From Tubulanus polymorphus (Eukaryota; Animalia; Nemertea): 64,000 bases of DNA. Location of the stretch: NCBI RefSeq assembly GCF_964204645.1, contig NC_134025.1, positions 16,281,101-16,345,100 of the forward strand, written 5' to 3'. Positions 1 through 14,589 of this stretch are shown here, one piece after another; the stretch's first letter is position 1, and every line of letters starts with the position of its first letter. The notes below the pieces were generated by a model. That model was not told the DNA's origin. It ran no database searches and saw only the letters and a program-made list of their open reading frames with translations. The position numbers and the translations under genes were made by a program.

Positions 1-1639
1 ATCAATATCAATTAAATGTGGAGCCATGTTGCTGCAAAAAAGAAAAAAATCCACTCACCTTCACATGGTGCAGCAAAAAATAATTATTAGGCCCAGACCT
101 TTAGGCCTCCTATAAGCTTATATTACAGAAAAAATAATAGCAAAAAGATTTACAAACCTGGGAGAACGTAATTAGACGAAATATCTTTGACGTTTTTCCA
201 ATGTTTATTCGACGCGACGTAGTCGGTCAGTGCAGGTTTTCCCCTGGTATCATACTTTAATACAGCATCACAAGCCGTGCAATACGCTTTCCCAGAGCTT
301 GAATTTTTCTTATGTTTTTAACAAGAAACTCTCCACCAAATACAGCCTGCAGCCAGGCCTACTTCCAGCCATTCGCGAGTGATTTTTCGGATTCAAGTCT
401 GTCACCTGTGCCGGCACGGCGAATGAGAATGTCACCTCGCATTTAACTACTAGCGTATTGTTATCTTAATTTACCAATCGAAGCCAGAAGGCATGCTTGG
501 CACGCTTATTCTTCAAGCGCTCTCATTCATGAGACGATCGATATCATTGGCTGACAACCATGAGCTGTTTCGAATAGACACAGCTTGGACCGCGGAATTT
601 AAGGGTGAAGCACGTTGTTCGCCTTCATTATCTGTGAGGGGATATAGGTTCATAGATATTCCATCAACCACCCCCCCCCCCCCCCACATGTTTTCTCATC
701 GGATTTGGACGAATTGCAAAACTGACATTTTTCCTATGATTAAGAGGAGAAACGCAGAAACGCGGAAATCTCACATGTATGTGTATTTCATACCTATTTT
801 TCTTGCTTATTGCACGCTTTGGACAATCATGTATAGTGTACGTGTACTTCATTTCATATTCTTGTGTAGCAGGTTTTTTGTAGGATCACCTGTCAAGTCT
901 AGAGAATCCAAGATTTTTGGGTGATATTATGTGTTATTACGCATTAGAAAAATATTAATGTAAAAATAAATGGTTTCCAAGTCGCCAGACAGCTCATCTA
1001 GTCAAAAAAATACCATTAATGGTATTGGTTTTGCACTGAAATTATTTAACCATGTTGTCTTCATTATGACTGTTCCCAGTCAGTACAAAAGGAGAGGGCA
1101 CAGTATTTTCAGCACATCATTTTATCATGTCATTCTCAAGTCATTTCTCTAGTAGAAAATAAAACCTCATCTCTCATTTTGACTACATCCGTTTTGCACC
1201 AAATTTTGCTTGTATTTTGCCAATATTTCTTTTTACCACTAGGACGCAGTGAAACTAGGTTTTACTGGAAACTAGTGGAAGTGCTAATCAAAGGGAAGAA
1301 CTAAGGCTCAGATCTGAACAGAATATGCTTTTTATTACAAAGTAATTCAGTTCAGCAATTCAACAAAATATAACAAGAAACAAAATTGTTAAAATGAACT
1401 TTCCTAAATTTACATGAGTGTATATTTAATCAGCATCAACATTAAAGATTGGTATTCTAGATTTATAGGCAAAACAAATGAAAAATAGAGACAAGAGCCC
1501 CAAGGGGCACAATGGCCAGCCTGTCAGATTTGCTTTTTATAAATGATGTAATCTGTGGGTTATATTTATCAATATACATTCCCTGCTCAATATCATTTAC
1601 ATAGTAAAATCATGTGTTAACACAGACAGCAGGAACGAA

Positions 1640-2305
1640 TGTAATATAGAAATACTAAGTTATTGTATTGTTCAACGCCCCCTGGTGGCCATAAAAAAAA
1701 CCAATGAGTTTGAAACTCACCTCGATCATAGAACATGTCATGAGCTACAACTTTCCAATTGATTATAGTAGCAAAATATGCTTAAGTATCAATTATGATG
1801 TGGAAAAACTTTTTTTCCACCTACGAATGAGTACTGATGACCCCAAGATGGCTGCCAAGTGCGTCATAATTGCCTGGTCAAAAATACCCTCTCGGATATA
1901 AAAGATCCCTTTCCAAAGAATACCCATTACAAATTGCAATGAAACATGGCGCACCATTAGAAAGCTACAGTACTCAGAATTCAGGCCAAAATTGACATTT
2001 TTGGGAACAAAAAAGGTCACAGTACGGCCATCTTGAGTCCGATCGACTCAATTTTTCTCATGCCGATGGGCCCTCGGGGGATACAAATATATTCGAATGA
2101 TCAAGGTTATTGATAAAAGTGTCTTCAAAATTTCCCTCGAAAACTTCAAAAATGTGTAAAAAGTGCTGATTTTGGCGAACAACAATGGCTGCCAGTCGGC
2201 CATCTTGAATCTGACAGGGCCAGATTTTGGCCTGAAGATGTGTCTAGGGTAGATACACGTATAAAACAAATATCAAGACATTACCTTGAAGTGTCTTCAA
2301 AACTT
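1640..2305 (-). mobile_element. Fragment of Helentron-type non-autonomous family A (one ~154-bp unit plus conserved block)
   Basis: The unit ttcaacgccccctggtggccata...catagaacatgtcatgagctacaac and the following block match copies at 10808, 17676, 18664 and 30656. Confidence 0.65.
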
Positions 2306-2400
2306 TGGAACTCTCCCGAACTATCTAGATGGTTATCTCTCGACCTCAATAGCTTCAAGACCCATCTCAAAACAACTTTGTTCCATGCAGCATACCATTT
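2300..2400 (+). pseudogene. 3' end fragment of an L2/CR1-group LINE ORF2
   Basis: Translates LWNSPELSRWLSLDLNSFKTHLKTTLFHAAY, resembling the LWNxLP...FKxxLKTxLF C-terminus of these ORF2 proteins. Confidence 0.45.
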
Positions 2401-3219
2401 ACTCTCGGAAAGCGAATTGTATTTAACATTTTTTGGCAGAATAAAATTTGATTGAATTTGCAATTCGGGCACATGGCTAATTAGCATATCAAGGTCATAC
2501 ACCCGATTTGGTAAAACCTTTTTTTCGCGAACCTTGTGCAATTGTCAAGGATGAATTTTCTGTAGAGCAAATAAAAATTCCTCCCAAACACCAAATCAAC
2601 TTAAGATTTCATAGAAATCGATCTTGAAATACAATTTTAAATCTTAAAATAAAACCCGGAAGTAAAACAGTAGACGATACCGCGGATTCACGTGAACACC
2701 TGATTTCTGTAAACGAAATGTTGGTTGTGACAAAATTGTTCAGACGGTTTTAGGTGGTAATAAGTACGGAAACGTAACGACCATGGTCGACTTATTCGAT
2801 GAAATCAGGCCTATGTGATATCCAAATTTTGACTTTTTTATTCTCCAGACCTCCCTGATATAGAAATAAAAAATGTTGGTGGTACGAAAGTGCAATCACA
2901 GCGCCGACGGGGACAGAGCCGTGTCAGAGATCGGCGGAGTGAAAATTGAGGTGGACGAACACGAAGAAGTAGGCTATTGCGCTACTTGAATCACGAAAAC
3001 TCCTGGCGCGGCCCCGACGCTTTTCGTTGATTAAGTAATACAAATATCATGCAATGGGTTTTCACAATCTACCGCTGGTATTTACCGGATTTCAATATCA
3101 CTCCAAAATTCAAAGAAACCTCGAAATATCGAACCGGAACACTTCCGGTAGATATCCGCGGCTGCCCAACCGGGAAACTTATTTGTTTCAATAGATATTG
3201 ATAGGATCCATCATCTTCA

Positions 3220-3310
3220 CCCGTCAAGGGATTCGAACCCACTAAGCTAAAGCCATGCCAGAATCGGGTCGGGCCTATCACAGCGCTTGTAACAAACCAC
3301 ATTAGGCTTC
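3220..3310 (-). mobile_element. Degenerate tRNA-derived SINE head
   Basis: Minus strand has B box GGTTCGAATCC and a weak A-box-like gcctaatgtggtt upstream; no convincing cloverleaf. Confidence 0.35.
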
Positions 3311-4829
3311 TGTGGAATTTCCCAGTAAATGGGCCAATCAGCGAACACGTAGCGAACGCGGAAGTTTTGTCGCGTGTTTTCATTGACGCCTTGGTTACAT
3401 GAACAGATCAGCAATATACTTAAAGGGGTCATGAAGAGGTTTTTGAGATATGACTAAAAGTATTTTTTATCATCAATTATGACTTATTTATTGATTTAGT
3501 GGTCAAGAAATTAATTTTTAATTCTTCAATTAGTGTTAAAACGAGACTTCCGATGTTCCGAAGAAAATCTTGTTCGAATAAAAACAATTCTGTAGACATA
3601 GAATTATACTGTGTTTGTTAGAGACAGTAAAGCTCATTAGGCCTAGAGGTCGCGTTCAATTCAATAAACACTCCAAGCGACCTAGTAACGATCTCCTATC
3701 CACCGCGGCATCTGAGACGCTCACTCCGAATATCAAGCTTGAGTCCAGCTTACGGATAAGAATGTGTTATATACAGGCATATAGTAAATATCCCGTGGAT
3801 TTGGCAAAGATCGGTATGTACTGTAGGAAAATTAGAACATTGATAAATGGTTGAAACCCGCGGCCGAATAACTGGTATAGTAATAAATCCATTTATTGAT
3901 ACCTCGTCACCACAACAGCATTTCTCCGCTGCATCAGTTCGGCATGTTTAGTTTAGGCCTATACAGCTCGGTACTCTAATGATTTATCGTAGTATATATC
4001 CGATAAAGAAACTAACTGTTTGAAGCCCACGGCCAAATCACTGGCAGTAATAAATTTATTTGTACTTGCTTTGATTCTCATGGTGAGGAAAACTCGCAGC
4101 GGATCCACGGATCAACAACGTAAAGACACAAGTTGATTCATCGATCTTTACAGCTCGACAGTGCTGTTACTATTTAGAGTAGCAAATTATATCCTGTCGA
4201 TCGGTAAAGTGTACTGATAAAGAAAATGGGTAATTGTTAAAATTTACTGTTTGAAGACCGCGGCTGAATGTGACGTCTTGCGGCAATAAATTTGTTTATT
4301 TACACCTGAATTGATAATCGAAGTGACGAGCAGCCTCCGGTGGATTTTCGGGATGACGACTCAGAAAAACATGTTGCTTCATTGAATGGGACCTAATTTT
4401 CGATGTTAACGGCCCGACAGTGCTTTGATTCATGATAATACGAATGGAGTATTTGTAGATCGAAGTGAGCTGAAGGATATCATACGGATTGTATCGGCAA
4501 CAGTGGCAAGGTAATAAAGCCTATGTTCTTTTAGTGAAAATAGTGTGACATAAAATAATAATAATGAGAAACAATAGGAATCTCAATAGGGTTTTCTGTG
4601 AAGTAACAGAAAACCCTAAATACTGTATTATATAATGCTATAATGATAAAAGTGATAATTGTTAATATTATTAGCCTATTATAGTTACAATGATGAAATT
4701 AAGTTTTAATATCTCTGAAATGTTTGATTTTTGAATTGGGCAATCAGAGAGTTAATACTAGAAGCTTAACGTAGATAATTTCTTATGTTTTGCCAAATGA
4801 TGGGTACCTGAGCTAATGATGGCCAAATG

Positions 4830-7110
4830 ATGGGTACCTGCGGATAATAGTGGTCCCGAAACAAGAAGGGCATACCTTAGCTGACTATGAATATAGCTAT
4901 TATAAAGTGGTTTTTTGGTCCAGCGAGGTAATAAATTCTTATGACTTCTTATGAGATACAGATTCTTATTAAGTGTATTGATCAGCTGTTTAATGTGGGC
5001 TCCCAACTTAGTTCATCATCTATTAATACATCCAAGGAATTTAAATACCGTTGTTTTATTAATATTCTCAAGACCAAGGTTTATATTTAATGTTTTCCTT
5101 GATTTTAGATTTTTTGGTAAGAATAAAAGACGTTTTGTTGTGTCAATATTAAGTGTGAGCTTGTTCGAATGAAACCAATCAATGATGATCTTTATATCTG
5201 ATTTTGTGTTTTGAAATAGTGTATCTTAATTTGACTAATAAGTTTGTATCATCTGCAAATGAAACGGTTTTTGTAAATTTTAAATTTTAAACAAGGTCAT
5301 TTACATAAATTAGAAAAAGAAGCGGTCCAAGGACTGATCCTTGCAGTATACCAAAGGTAACTCTGTTGGCAATGATATATTTGACAAACATTTTGCGATC
5401 CTTAAGGTAGCTACTAAACCAATTATATGCATGTCCACGAACCCCATAATGTGCTAATTTGAATAAAAGGTTGTCTATATCGTGGAGTGGCGTGGCCTAA
5501 AGGTTAAGGCATTGGCTCCTCAATCGAGATGTCCAGTGTTCAAACCCCGGCTATGCTGTAGTGTCCTTAGGCAAGGCATTAATTCACACTTGCTACCGGC
5601 TGACGACGCCTGATCGTGATTTGCTGATCGATGTTGTATCTCCCCAGGGAGAGTAAGACTGCTATGGAATGGTAACAGAAGCTGGGTAATAATAATCAGG
5701 TTTGACAGCGCAGCTGAACTTTGTACACAGGTACATGGAAAGAGGCGCTATACAAATTCGTGTTTATTATTATTATTATTATTATTATATCGAGTGAGTA
5801 GAATGCTTTCGATAAATCTAAAAATAAGCCTAATGAGTAGTTATTGTTTTCTAAATTATAGATAATATTCCCAATGAAATCAGTTATGGCATGTTGTGGA
5901 ATGATTAGGTGGAAAACCGTATTGACTGGGGTTTCTAATTTTGTGTTCAGTGAAAAATTTGTATAATCGCGTATCAACTAGTTTCTCAAGGACTTTTGAT
6001 AGGGTTGGTAGAAGAGATATAGGGCGGTAGTTATTGATCAGTTGCTTGTTACCATTTTTGTATAATGGAATCAACATTGAATAAGGTTGAATAATGGTAG
6101 TAGAGATTTGTTTCAATAGTTTACTACTTAGGTTATCCTCTCCTCCAGAGGAACTCATCATTAGTTGGATAGAGAAAAATAGAACTTTCATTTTGTTCGA
6201 TAAATAGTCTCTAAAATCATTTTGAGCTTTAGGAATTTTATTGGCAAATGAGTTACCCACGGTAGAAAAAAAGTTATTAAATTGTTGACTGATTATATTA
6301 GGATTATCTGTTTTCTCGTTTTCCATTAAAAAGCTAGTTTTTAAGTGTGATTTATCTTTGACTTTTCCAATAGATTGTTTAAGGAACTGCCTTAATTTCC
6401 TACTGTTTTTGTAGAATGATGAAATTTTGTTCGCATAACAAGTTTGCTTTTGGCGCCTTTTTGAATAGAATATATAGTCTTTATAGCGTTGATCCTTCTT
6501 ATCTAAATTCAAACTGTTTTATGTAATTTATCAAACTTTACTGATGCTTTTAAGATGGAATGGGTCATCCATGGTTCTTTTTATATGGTTATCTTTTTTA
6601 CTTTAATGGCAGGGGATACTGTATTAATAACATTGTTGATATTGGATGTTATAAATCTATAGGAGTCATTGCAGTTCAGATTCACTTAAGTGGAGTACAG
6701 TCAATATATGAAAGCCAGTCGTTGATTAGTTTCACATTATTACTACAAAAATTATGAGAATAACGTTCTGATTCTATAGATAATGTGTTAGTATTACAGT
6801 TGATTGTCACTAGGCAGGGCAAATGGTCAGACAAGTGTTAAATTATTACTTTTGTGTTTGGAACCTAAGTATGGAGACACATATATGTTGTCAATAAGGG
6901 TTGCACTTGAATGAGTTATCCTGGTTGGGCGAAAATAGTAGGGAATAGGTTATTGTCCAGATTTATATCTAAAAATTTTGCTGTATTCTTATGATTATTA
7001 ATTTTGATAAAATCCAGGTTTAGGGCCATGCCAAGGATAATTTCACATTTTTCCTTGGAAATTTTAGCAACCAAGTTTTGATAATCTGTTAGAAATTCAG
7101 TTTCACTAAT
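4830..7110 (-). pseudogene. Decayed CR1/L2-group LINE ORF2 (end of APE domain plus RT)
   Basis: Broken minus-strand frames contain ILGMALNLD, NYRPISLLP, QYGF, FLDLSKAF and LYNSYIHSQLRY. Collinear with the LINE ORF2 at 24725-27696. Confidence 0.85.
5483..5785 (+). mobile_element. tRNA-derived SINE inserted in the LINE
   Basis: A box tggcctaaagg, B box gttcaaacc, core gtgtccttaggcaaggca, tail gcgctatacaaat plus (TAT)n. TSD TATATCG at 5476-5482 and 5786-5792. Confidence 0.85.
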
Positions 7111-8199
7111 GCCCATGGGCAAAGTGTGGTTTACCTTGAAAACTGGAGCCTGTTTTGCAAGGGCATCGCTTATGAAAAATCTTTTTAATTTGTGAATTCA
7201 AAGCTCTGTTATTTCATTTTATCTTTATGAAATAATTATTTTGTAGTCAAATCAAGGCCAAAAATACATTTGTTTACGGTTCACGTCCAAAATTCCGTAG
7301 GGTACAGGAAGCAGGACAACTATTTTATATTTGGAAAAAGAATATTTTTCACAAAATTAAAAATATTTGAATAAAATTCATATGATATCACAAATCAGAG
7401 GGTGGCTAAATAGTCTTAATAATCTTTTCCAATGTATGGCTGCAGAAGCTACGAAACATACCGGTACCTTAATTAAAAATCGGCGTATGTGAGTAATACA
7501 TTTTTATACTTCTAAAATATTCAGACCTTGACCTATACCTATAGTTTGCTGCTAAGTATTTTGAGGTCACAAGAAATTACAATTTTTTACAAGAAATTAC
7601 AATTTTTTACAAATTCTATTACAGTATCACTATATAGTAGTGTACGAGCGTGTGTGTGCGTGTGCAGCAGTCTATGATTAGCACTCCGCGCCCACGTGGA
7701 GGCCTTGTGTAAGTGAATGTTCGCTTACACTTCAATGTCAATCAAAACAATCACCGGGTATTAAAATGAAACAATACCAATATTGCGGATATGTGAAATA
7801 ATTGCATTCTCACCAGCAATGAGCACTTAAATTTGCACGTATACGGCACCTAGTCCTATTAAACGTTCACCATTTTGGCTTTCCCATATTTATTTTAGTA
7901 GCACTGGAATTCCCCGTGTATCCCAAAAAGAGCCAATCACATTCGCTCATAGAGACGACGCCCCCCAATCGAGGTCATTGCAATTTCAAATGCAAGAGCT
8001 AAGAATTTTCCCGCCAAAAACAGTTTTTCGTAGAATTTTAACAATGTTGACCAAGTCATCGACGGATGTTCGCCATGTCTTCAATCGCATCAATTAGACG
8101 TCGTTTATGCCGAGAACAAATGAAACAAATACTAACATAAAAAAACGTACTGTGATTTAGCTGAATGCCAACTTCATATCGCTGAGAAAGGTAAACCAA
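7108..8199 (-). mobile_element. Family B non-autonomous element (Helitron2/Helentron-like), copy 1
   Basis: Homologous to 11661-13524. Asymmetric inverted repeat ggtttacctt / aaggtaaacc, terminal palindrome tgcccatgggca, no TSD. Confidence 0.6.
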
Positions 8200-8580
8200 C
8201 AAGGAATTTAAGACCGCTTCAGTACCGACACTTGGTACAAGGTGCCCATTCACACCAAGTGATGTAATCATCGGCATACTAATTCACCTTGTAAATAAAT
8301 CTATCTGAACGATTTATTGATAAAATATCATTCAAAAATCTTCTTAATATTATTGTGATCAACTTCTATCACCATTCATCCCAATAATAATGTGAAATAA
8401 TCTTGAATACAAAGTTGCCAGATCTATTTTCGCAACGTATTTAACCCCATTAATCGGATCTTTCGTTAATTCAATGACTGTAAAAATGGTGTACTTTGGT
8501 CCACAGTAAACATACACGACATGATGCCCACACGCTCGTAATAGCTCTCTCGTTGCTCGAGAGCTAAAAAATCTCTTTAA

Positions 8581-9582
8581 CCCTTTTGATACGGACCACC
8601 CGCAGTGCGGGTAGATACCACTTCGGCCTTCGCTACCTGCAGCGCGGGTGTTTTTAGAAGGACAATTATCATCGTGCTGTACATGGCTGACACCTGCCGT
8701 GACTTGCTGAAACTATGTCAGAAGATGCTAGAGGGCGATTCAAGCGATTTTGCCGCAAAAAAATCTATTTATCAATTACTGACCATTTTACTGCAGTTCG
8801 CAGCCAAGACAGCAGAAAAACGACGTCGTTATACGACAGAGCAGGTTATAACTTCATTCATAAATGATGCTGACAGCGATGATAATAACTATGATCTAGG
8901 AGGTGATGGGGCGGGTGCTGTAGATAGCGATGTCGATGATGGGGCCGAATCCGATGGGGAGTATGACGATTCCGAGTCAAATTATGGGTCGGCAAGTGAC
9001 TTGGATGAGGACAATAATTCTGGGACTCATTCTGCCACAAGTGATCATTCTGAAACCCCAGAGCCCTAGCCCTGATAGATCATTTAGTACAAGTGATGAT
9101 GAACCACTTATAAACTATTGCAGCGGCCCATGCAGCTCCCCTGGCAGCTCCACCCCCAGTAAGAGGGCGGGCTGCAGTTCAAGGCTGTACTTTAGGCATA
9201 GACCTAAAAAACTAAAATACCTGTAAATTTTTAATTTTTTCATATTATTTTTTTCATATTTTTTATTTTTTCACAACAGACACCAGTATACTGTTTGATT
9301 GAAGATACATGGATCTTGATTTGTTTTGAAATGATGTTTGTTGAATATTCTCCAAAAAAATTATATTTTTTGTATCGTTGCACGATATAATTAGGTCACG
9401 TGACCTAATTAGCATAATTTTGGAAGATTTTTTGGTCCTCTAAATAAACTTTGGGATGTGTTCTACAACTGCTGTCCTGTTTCCTCTGTTGGTTTTTTGC
9501 TATAGCCATCCATATATAACATGCAAAAATGCCTAATTTAGGCTCAGTACAGTAGTGACCAAACATACCAGTATCGAAAGGG
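8581..9582 (+). mobile_element. piggyBac internal-deletion derivative (~1 kb)
   Basis: TTAA at 8577-8580 and 9583-9586. TIRs cccttttgatac / gtatcgaaaggg. Retains only an acidic N-terminal transposase-like ORF (RRRYTTEQV...DSDD, 8605-9069). Confidence 0.8.
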
Positions 9583-11660
9583 TTAATAGTTAAGCTACCA
9601 CGGCCCACTTGAATAACACTACAGAAAGAACTTACCATCCAGGTTTGATGTTAGCTTGAAGTGGTTCCCACATGACAAGAAGTTTATATCCAAGAATCAC
9701 AAGTACTAAGAATGCTCGGTACCAGTGACTTTCTGTAATATGGAAACACCTTAAAAAAACCAATCAAAAGACCTCAGTGAATAGTTACGCTGATCGATGT
9801 ATCTAAGGAATGTGAATTCATCTATTTCTTCCAATGTGATAATCAAACGTCTTAATAAAAGTCTAGAGATCAGATTCCTATGAAACAAAGAAAGAACATT
9901 AGCAGTCATAGGTTTCAATGAAATATGCATCGAATGTCAAAAGTTATTTTGCATCCATGTAGTAAAAGGATAACATTTTACTACCTGGGCCGATGTCATT
10001 TATAGGGTTAAACAAGTTATTATGTCATAAAATCTATAATTTTTTGACAAATTGGTATGAAGCCATAGACATTCAAACAATGCAAATGAGACTCCATGAA
10101 CCTCTTCATGACCCCTTGAAATTATGCAGTTAGAAAGTAACATCGACCCACAGACGGGACAATCACTTAGATGGATAGAAAAAAATACTAGCTTAATAAT
10201 CTTACGTTTGAGCAATCCTAGATTTAAAAAGTGCCTTTGCCAGTCCATAACTACCCCTATATAAAACAAAAATTAAATAACATTTTAATTGATAATTAAA
10301 TTAGTTTAGTTGTGTTCATAATAAATCTGCAGCAAAAACTAATGACAATCATGAATCACGTAAGCCTTAAACCACTGCAAGCAAGATGCTTTAAGTTAGG
10401 GTACTCAACTTAGTAAAGAAATGTAACAATTATAGCATTATATATTTGAATCTACATATACATATACTTTATATGTATGTAGGTTCATCTACTGTGTCTG
10501 CTCTCAGTGCAACGTTTTGGTCCGTAAATTCATTAATAATCAGTTGATCTACCTTTTTTATGCATCAATTTGTTCAGTGAGGAATTTGCATTCAGAAATG
10601 AAGAACAAATTTTCTAAAGTTGTTTTTGTTTTCATTTATAAGCGATAGCTTACTCAGCGATGGTTCACAGCTTAATGCTGAGAAAACTGCTCTGCGGACG
10701 CTTGGAAACATTGCTATGATCAATTCACTTATTCATTAGCGTCACAAAATTCCATAAGTGGCGCCACGCCAAGCAGTTTTTCAGCATTACGCTAGCAAGT
10801 AGCTAAACTAGGGGTCCTGAGACACCATGCCCACTTGGGAAGTGGTTTCCAATGCTCAACAATCTAACAATTTCAATATTCAACGTCCCCTGGTGACCAT
10901 ATACAACAACCAATGACCTTGAAACTCACTACAGTCATAGAACCTGTCAGCAGCTACAATTTTGTAATTGATTGTGATAACAAAATATGCCTCATTACCA
11001 ATTTAATATAGAAATACTAAGTAATTCTACTATTCAACGCCTCCTGGTGACCATAAGCAAAACCCAATGACCTTGAAACTCACCACAATCATAGAACACG
11101 TCATAAACTACAACTTAGCAATTGATCATGGTAACAAAATATGCCTAGGTACCAATCTAATAAGGAAATACTAAGTTATTCTACTATTCAACGCCCCCTG
11201 GTGACCATATAGAATAACTAATGTCCTTAAAACTCACCACACTCATAGACGATGTCATGAGCTAAAACTTTGCAATTGATTGTGGTAGCAAAATATGCTT
11301 AGGTATCAATATAATGTGGAAAAACTTTATCCCACCTATGAATAGTATCGATGATACCAAGATGGCCACCTATTGCGTCATAATTGGCCGATCAAAAATA
11401 CCTGGCTCAGGTATAAAACATACCTTTCCAAAGAATACTCACAAATTGCAATGAGAAATGATAAACCAGTAGGAAGCTACAGGATTCAGAATTTGGGCCA
11501 AAATTGACATTTTTCTGGACTAAAAGGTCATAGGACAGCCATCTTGAGTCCGATCGACCCAATTTTTCTTACGGTGATGGGCCCTTGGAGGGTTCAAATA
11601 TATACGAAAGATCAAGGTTATTGATTTAAGCCTCTTCAAATTTCCCTCAAAAAGTTCAAA

Positions 11661-13524
11661 TAAATTTCCCATGGGCAAAAAGTGTGGTTTACCTTGAAAG
11701 CTAGAGGTTGTTTGGAGTAAGGGCATTGCTTGAAAAATCTTTTCAATTCGTAACTTCGAAGTTCCACAAGTTTATATTGTATTATATCTTTCTTAAAGAA
11801 TTATTTTGTAGTCAAAAAAGACCAGAGATATACGTTTGGTTACGGTCCACGTCCAAAGGTTTGTAGGGTACAGGTAGGCGTGGCAGGGAAATTATTTTAT
11901 ATTTTCCAAAAAAATATGTTTCACAATATGAAAAAAATATTCAAATAAGGCAATCCCAAAATAATTGTCTGTTTGCCGTAACACCGACCTAACTTTTCAG
12001 GATGAGTCAGTAGGTAAGAAAAATTTTTTTTTGCTAAATTTTTGGGAAAAAAAAACAAATTTATCACCTTTTTACATAGAAACAATATCGGAAAAATCAT
12101 CTACGTTGTGCACGGGAAATTTGTCTAATAGCGTTCGAGAATTATTCTAAAGTTATAATAACTTCGTCCAGAGTGTCATCTCTGTGTTAAAAATGAAACA
12201 GTACATTGAATATGTGCGCAGTTTTACGTTACCAGCTTTAATATAGTCACTATGAGGCCTCGTGTAAGTGAATGTTCGCTTTCACTTCAATGTCAATCAA
12301 AACAATCACCGGGTATTAAAATGAAACAATACCTATGGCTGATGTGTGAAATAATTACATCCTCACCAGCAATCAGCATTTAAAATTCGCACGTAAAAAT
12401 ACGGCACCTAGTCCGATGAAATGTACGCCATTCTATGGCTTTCCCATAATTATTTTAGTAGCGCCGGAATTCCCCATATATCCCAAAAACAGCCAATCCC
12501 ATTCGCTCGTAGAGACGACGCCCCCCCCCCCCTCAATCGACGTCACTGCAATTTCATACGCGAGAGCTAAGAATTTTCTAAGAAAACAGTTTTTCGTAGA
12601 ATTTTAACTCAAGTTTTAACCCATGTACATCGACGGAGGTTCGCCATGTCTTCAATCGCATCGATTATACGTCGTTTAAGCCGAGAACCAATGAAACAAA
12701 TGCTCACATAAACAGGGATGAGAACGTCGACCTGTAAAATCCGCGGGTTATTCTTCTTGAGTGACATACGCGAACCAGCTGACGGCGTAGCCGTCAGCAC
12801 TAGCGAGCGCCGAAGGCGCGAAGCTATTTCGGGGGGGTTTGGGGGCCCTCCCCCAAGAAAATTTTAGAAATTAAATACGTTTTCCGAGCACTTAGAGCGA
12901 TCTCGAACCCATGAACGACTATTATATTTTGGAAGGTAATGGCTAGTTCCAATGTGGTACATCCTCATTTGATGACATTCAGCATCTCATGCATTACGGG
13001 TCGAGCCCTGAATTATTGCAGTAAAAATGCGCCGATGAATGCTCACTAAAAATCATCACCAAGTAGTGTATAATATCCGAAAGCGTTCGCCACACACTAG
13101 CAGCAACAGTAAGTAGACCTATATACGTTACTACTGTTGCTGTGCGTGCGTGTCTGCAACCGATCGATAAAATACATACAAACTCATCGTAGTACAAATG
13201 TACATACAAAATCACTGTGTTGCAATGAATATGCATTGAAATGCGATACTTTTACGTGACGATAAGTAAAACAGGCACTGAACGCTTTTACGGTTCACCT
13301 GATTACCAATCGCGCCGGACCAATTGAGTGAGATCATCACCCCCCCCCCCCCATACTTTTACATCATTTTTGGACAATTTGGAAAATTGATATTTTTCAA
13401 TACTGAAATCCGCGGGAAACCGCGGATCCGCGGGGAATTCTCATCTCTGCATAAAAAAAACGTAGCGCAATTTTACATGAATTGGCTCAATGCCAACCTC
13501 ATATCGCTGACAAAGGTAAACCAA
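11661..13524 (-). mobile_element. Family B element, copy 2
   Basis: Homologous to 7108-8199. Sits in the A-run of family A (aagttcaaa|aaatgtaaaaagtg). Confidence 0.65.
12713..13449. mobile_element. hAT-like MITE
   Basis: TIRs cagggatgagaa / ttctcatctctg, flanked by cataaa on both sides. Absent from family B copy 1 at the equivalent site (~8140). Confidence 0.75.
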
Positions 13525-14589
13525 AAATGTAAAAAGTGCTGATTTCGACAAACAACAATGGCTGCCTGAATGGCTATTGATTCTGACAGGGCCAGTTTTT
13601 GGGCCGAAGATGTGTCTAGGGTAGATACATGTATAAACCAAATATCAAGACATTACCTTGAAGCTTCTTCAAAACTTCCCAAAATAACTTGATTCCGTCT
13701 ATGGACGGACGGATGCATGGACGAACGAATGGACGAAAAGTGAACGCAATAGCCCGCTGAGACTAAAGTCCCAAGTGGGCTAAAAACGCGCACAATAAAT
13801 AAACCCTATTGAATATTCGTAGTATTGCTATCCGTGAACAAATCAGCAAACAAAACAAATGTTATTATAGAATCTTTGATTCTCTGAGCCTTCCTTCCTT
13901 ATTTATGAAATGATGTCATGAACTTCCAGATTTCAGTCTGAATACATTAAATACTGATGCCCAGTCTACATACGTCTCTGACTCTGGCCAGTTATGCGCC
14001 ATGATTGGAGATTGCTATTTCCGCCGGTATTATCTTTAAGTAATTTCAAGTATAAAATAGGATGCACAGTACATCCATAGAATCTACGCGGAGAGAAGGA
14101 CTGTTATATTACTATCAGAGTTTAACATTTCGTTTAAATGCTGTTAGTAGTCGAATCTGATAGATGAATTTTATGTGACGAAACTAAGAGGAAAATATGT
14201 TAAAATAATAATCAACAGAAATACAATAGAGTTTCTGCGAAAGCAGCAGAAACCCTAATAATTAAAATTATCAGTATATTCCTATTTTCATGGCACAATT
14301 TTTTCACTTATCCACCTAACTATTTCAAGAATTCAAATTCAAAAGATTTACCTTCCTTTAATAGCATCTTCAACATGGGCAGCGGCAACTAAAATTTCAG
14401 AAATTTCGCTTTTCATTTTTCCAAAGATTCTTCATTCAAGCATCTTTATTAGGTTCCATCAAAACTGAAAAACAAACAAGAAGCCAAAGGGCGTTGATTT
14501 CGCACCTCATGTCACTACAAGGGTTCCATAGGTTCAAAACCCATGATTTCATTTTCTACAGGAAACTTGAACAGAAGAGTATATATATT

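Larger units (their letters stand above)
10808..13786 (-). mobile_element. Complete Helentron-type (HINE/DINE-1-like) family A element, interrupted by family B
   Basis: Subterminal IRs gcccacttggga (10829) / tcccaagtgggc (13769), terminal hairpin at 13750-13782, (GACG)-like microsatellite near 13700, CTAG end, three ~154-bp central repeats (10881, 11035, 11189). Confidence 0.75.

Noticed and set aside
493-924. 143-aa ORF and other short ORFs in 1-20 kb and 31-37 kb
   Set aside because: No domain motifs; they cross repeat boundaries or homopolymer runs.
5483-5555. tRNA gene
   Set aside because: A and B boxes are present, but it continues into a SINE body with tail and TSD and does not form a good cloverleaf.
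10860-11330. ~154-bp repeats as a CRISPR array or coding repeat
   Set aside because: Whole units are homologous, they sit inside a dispersed element, and they have no open frame.
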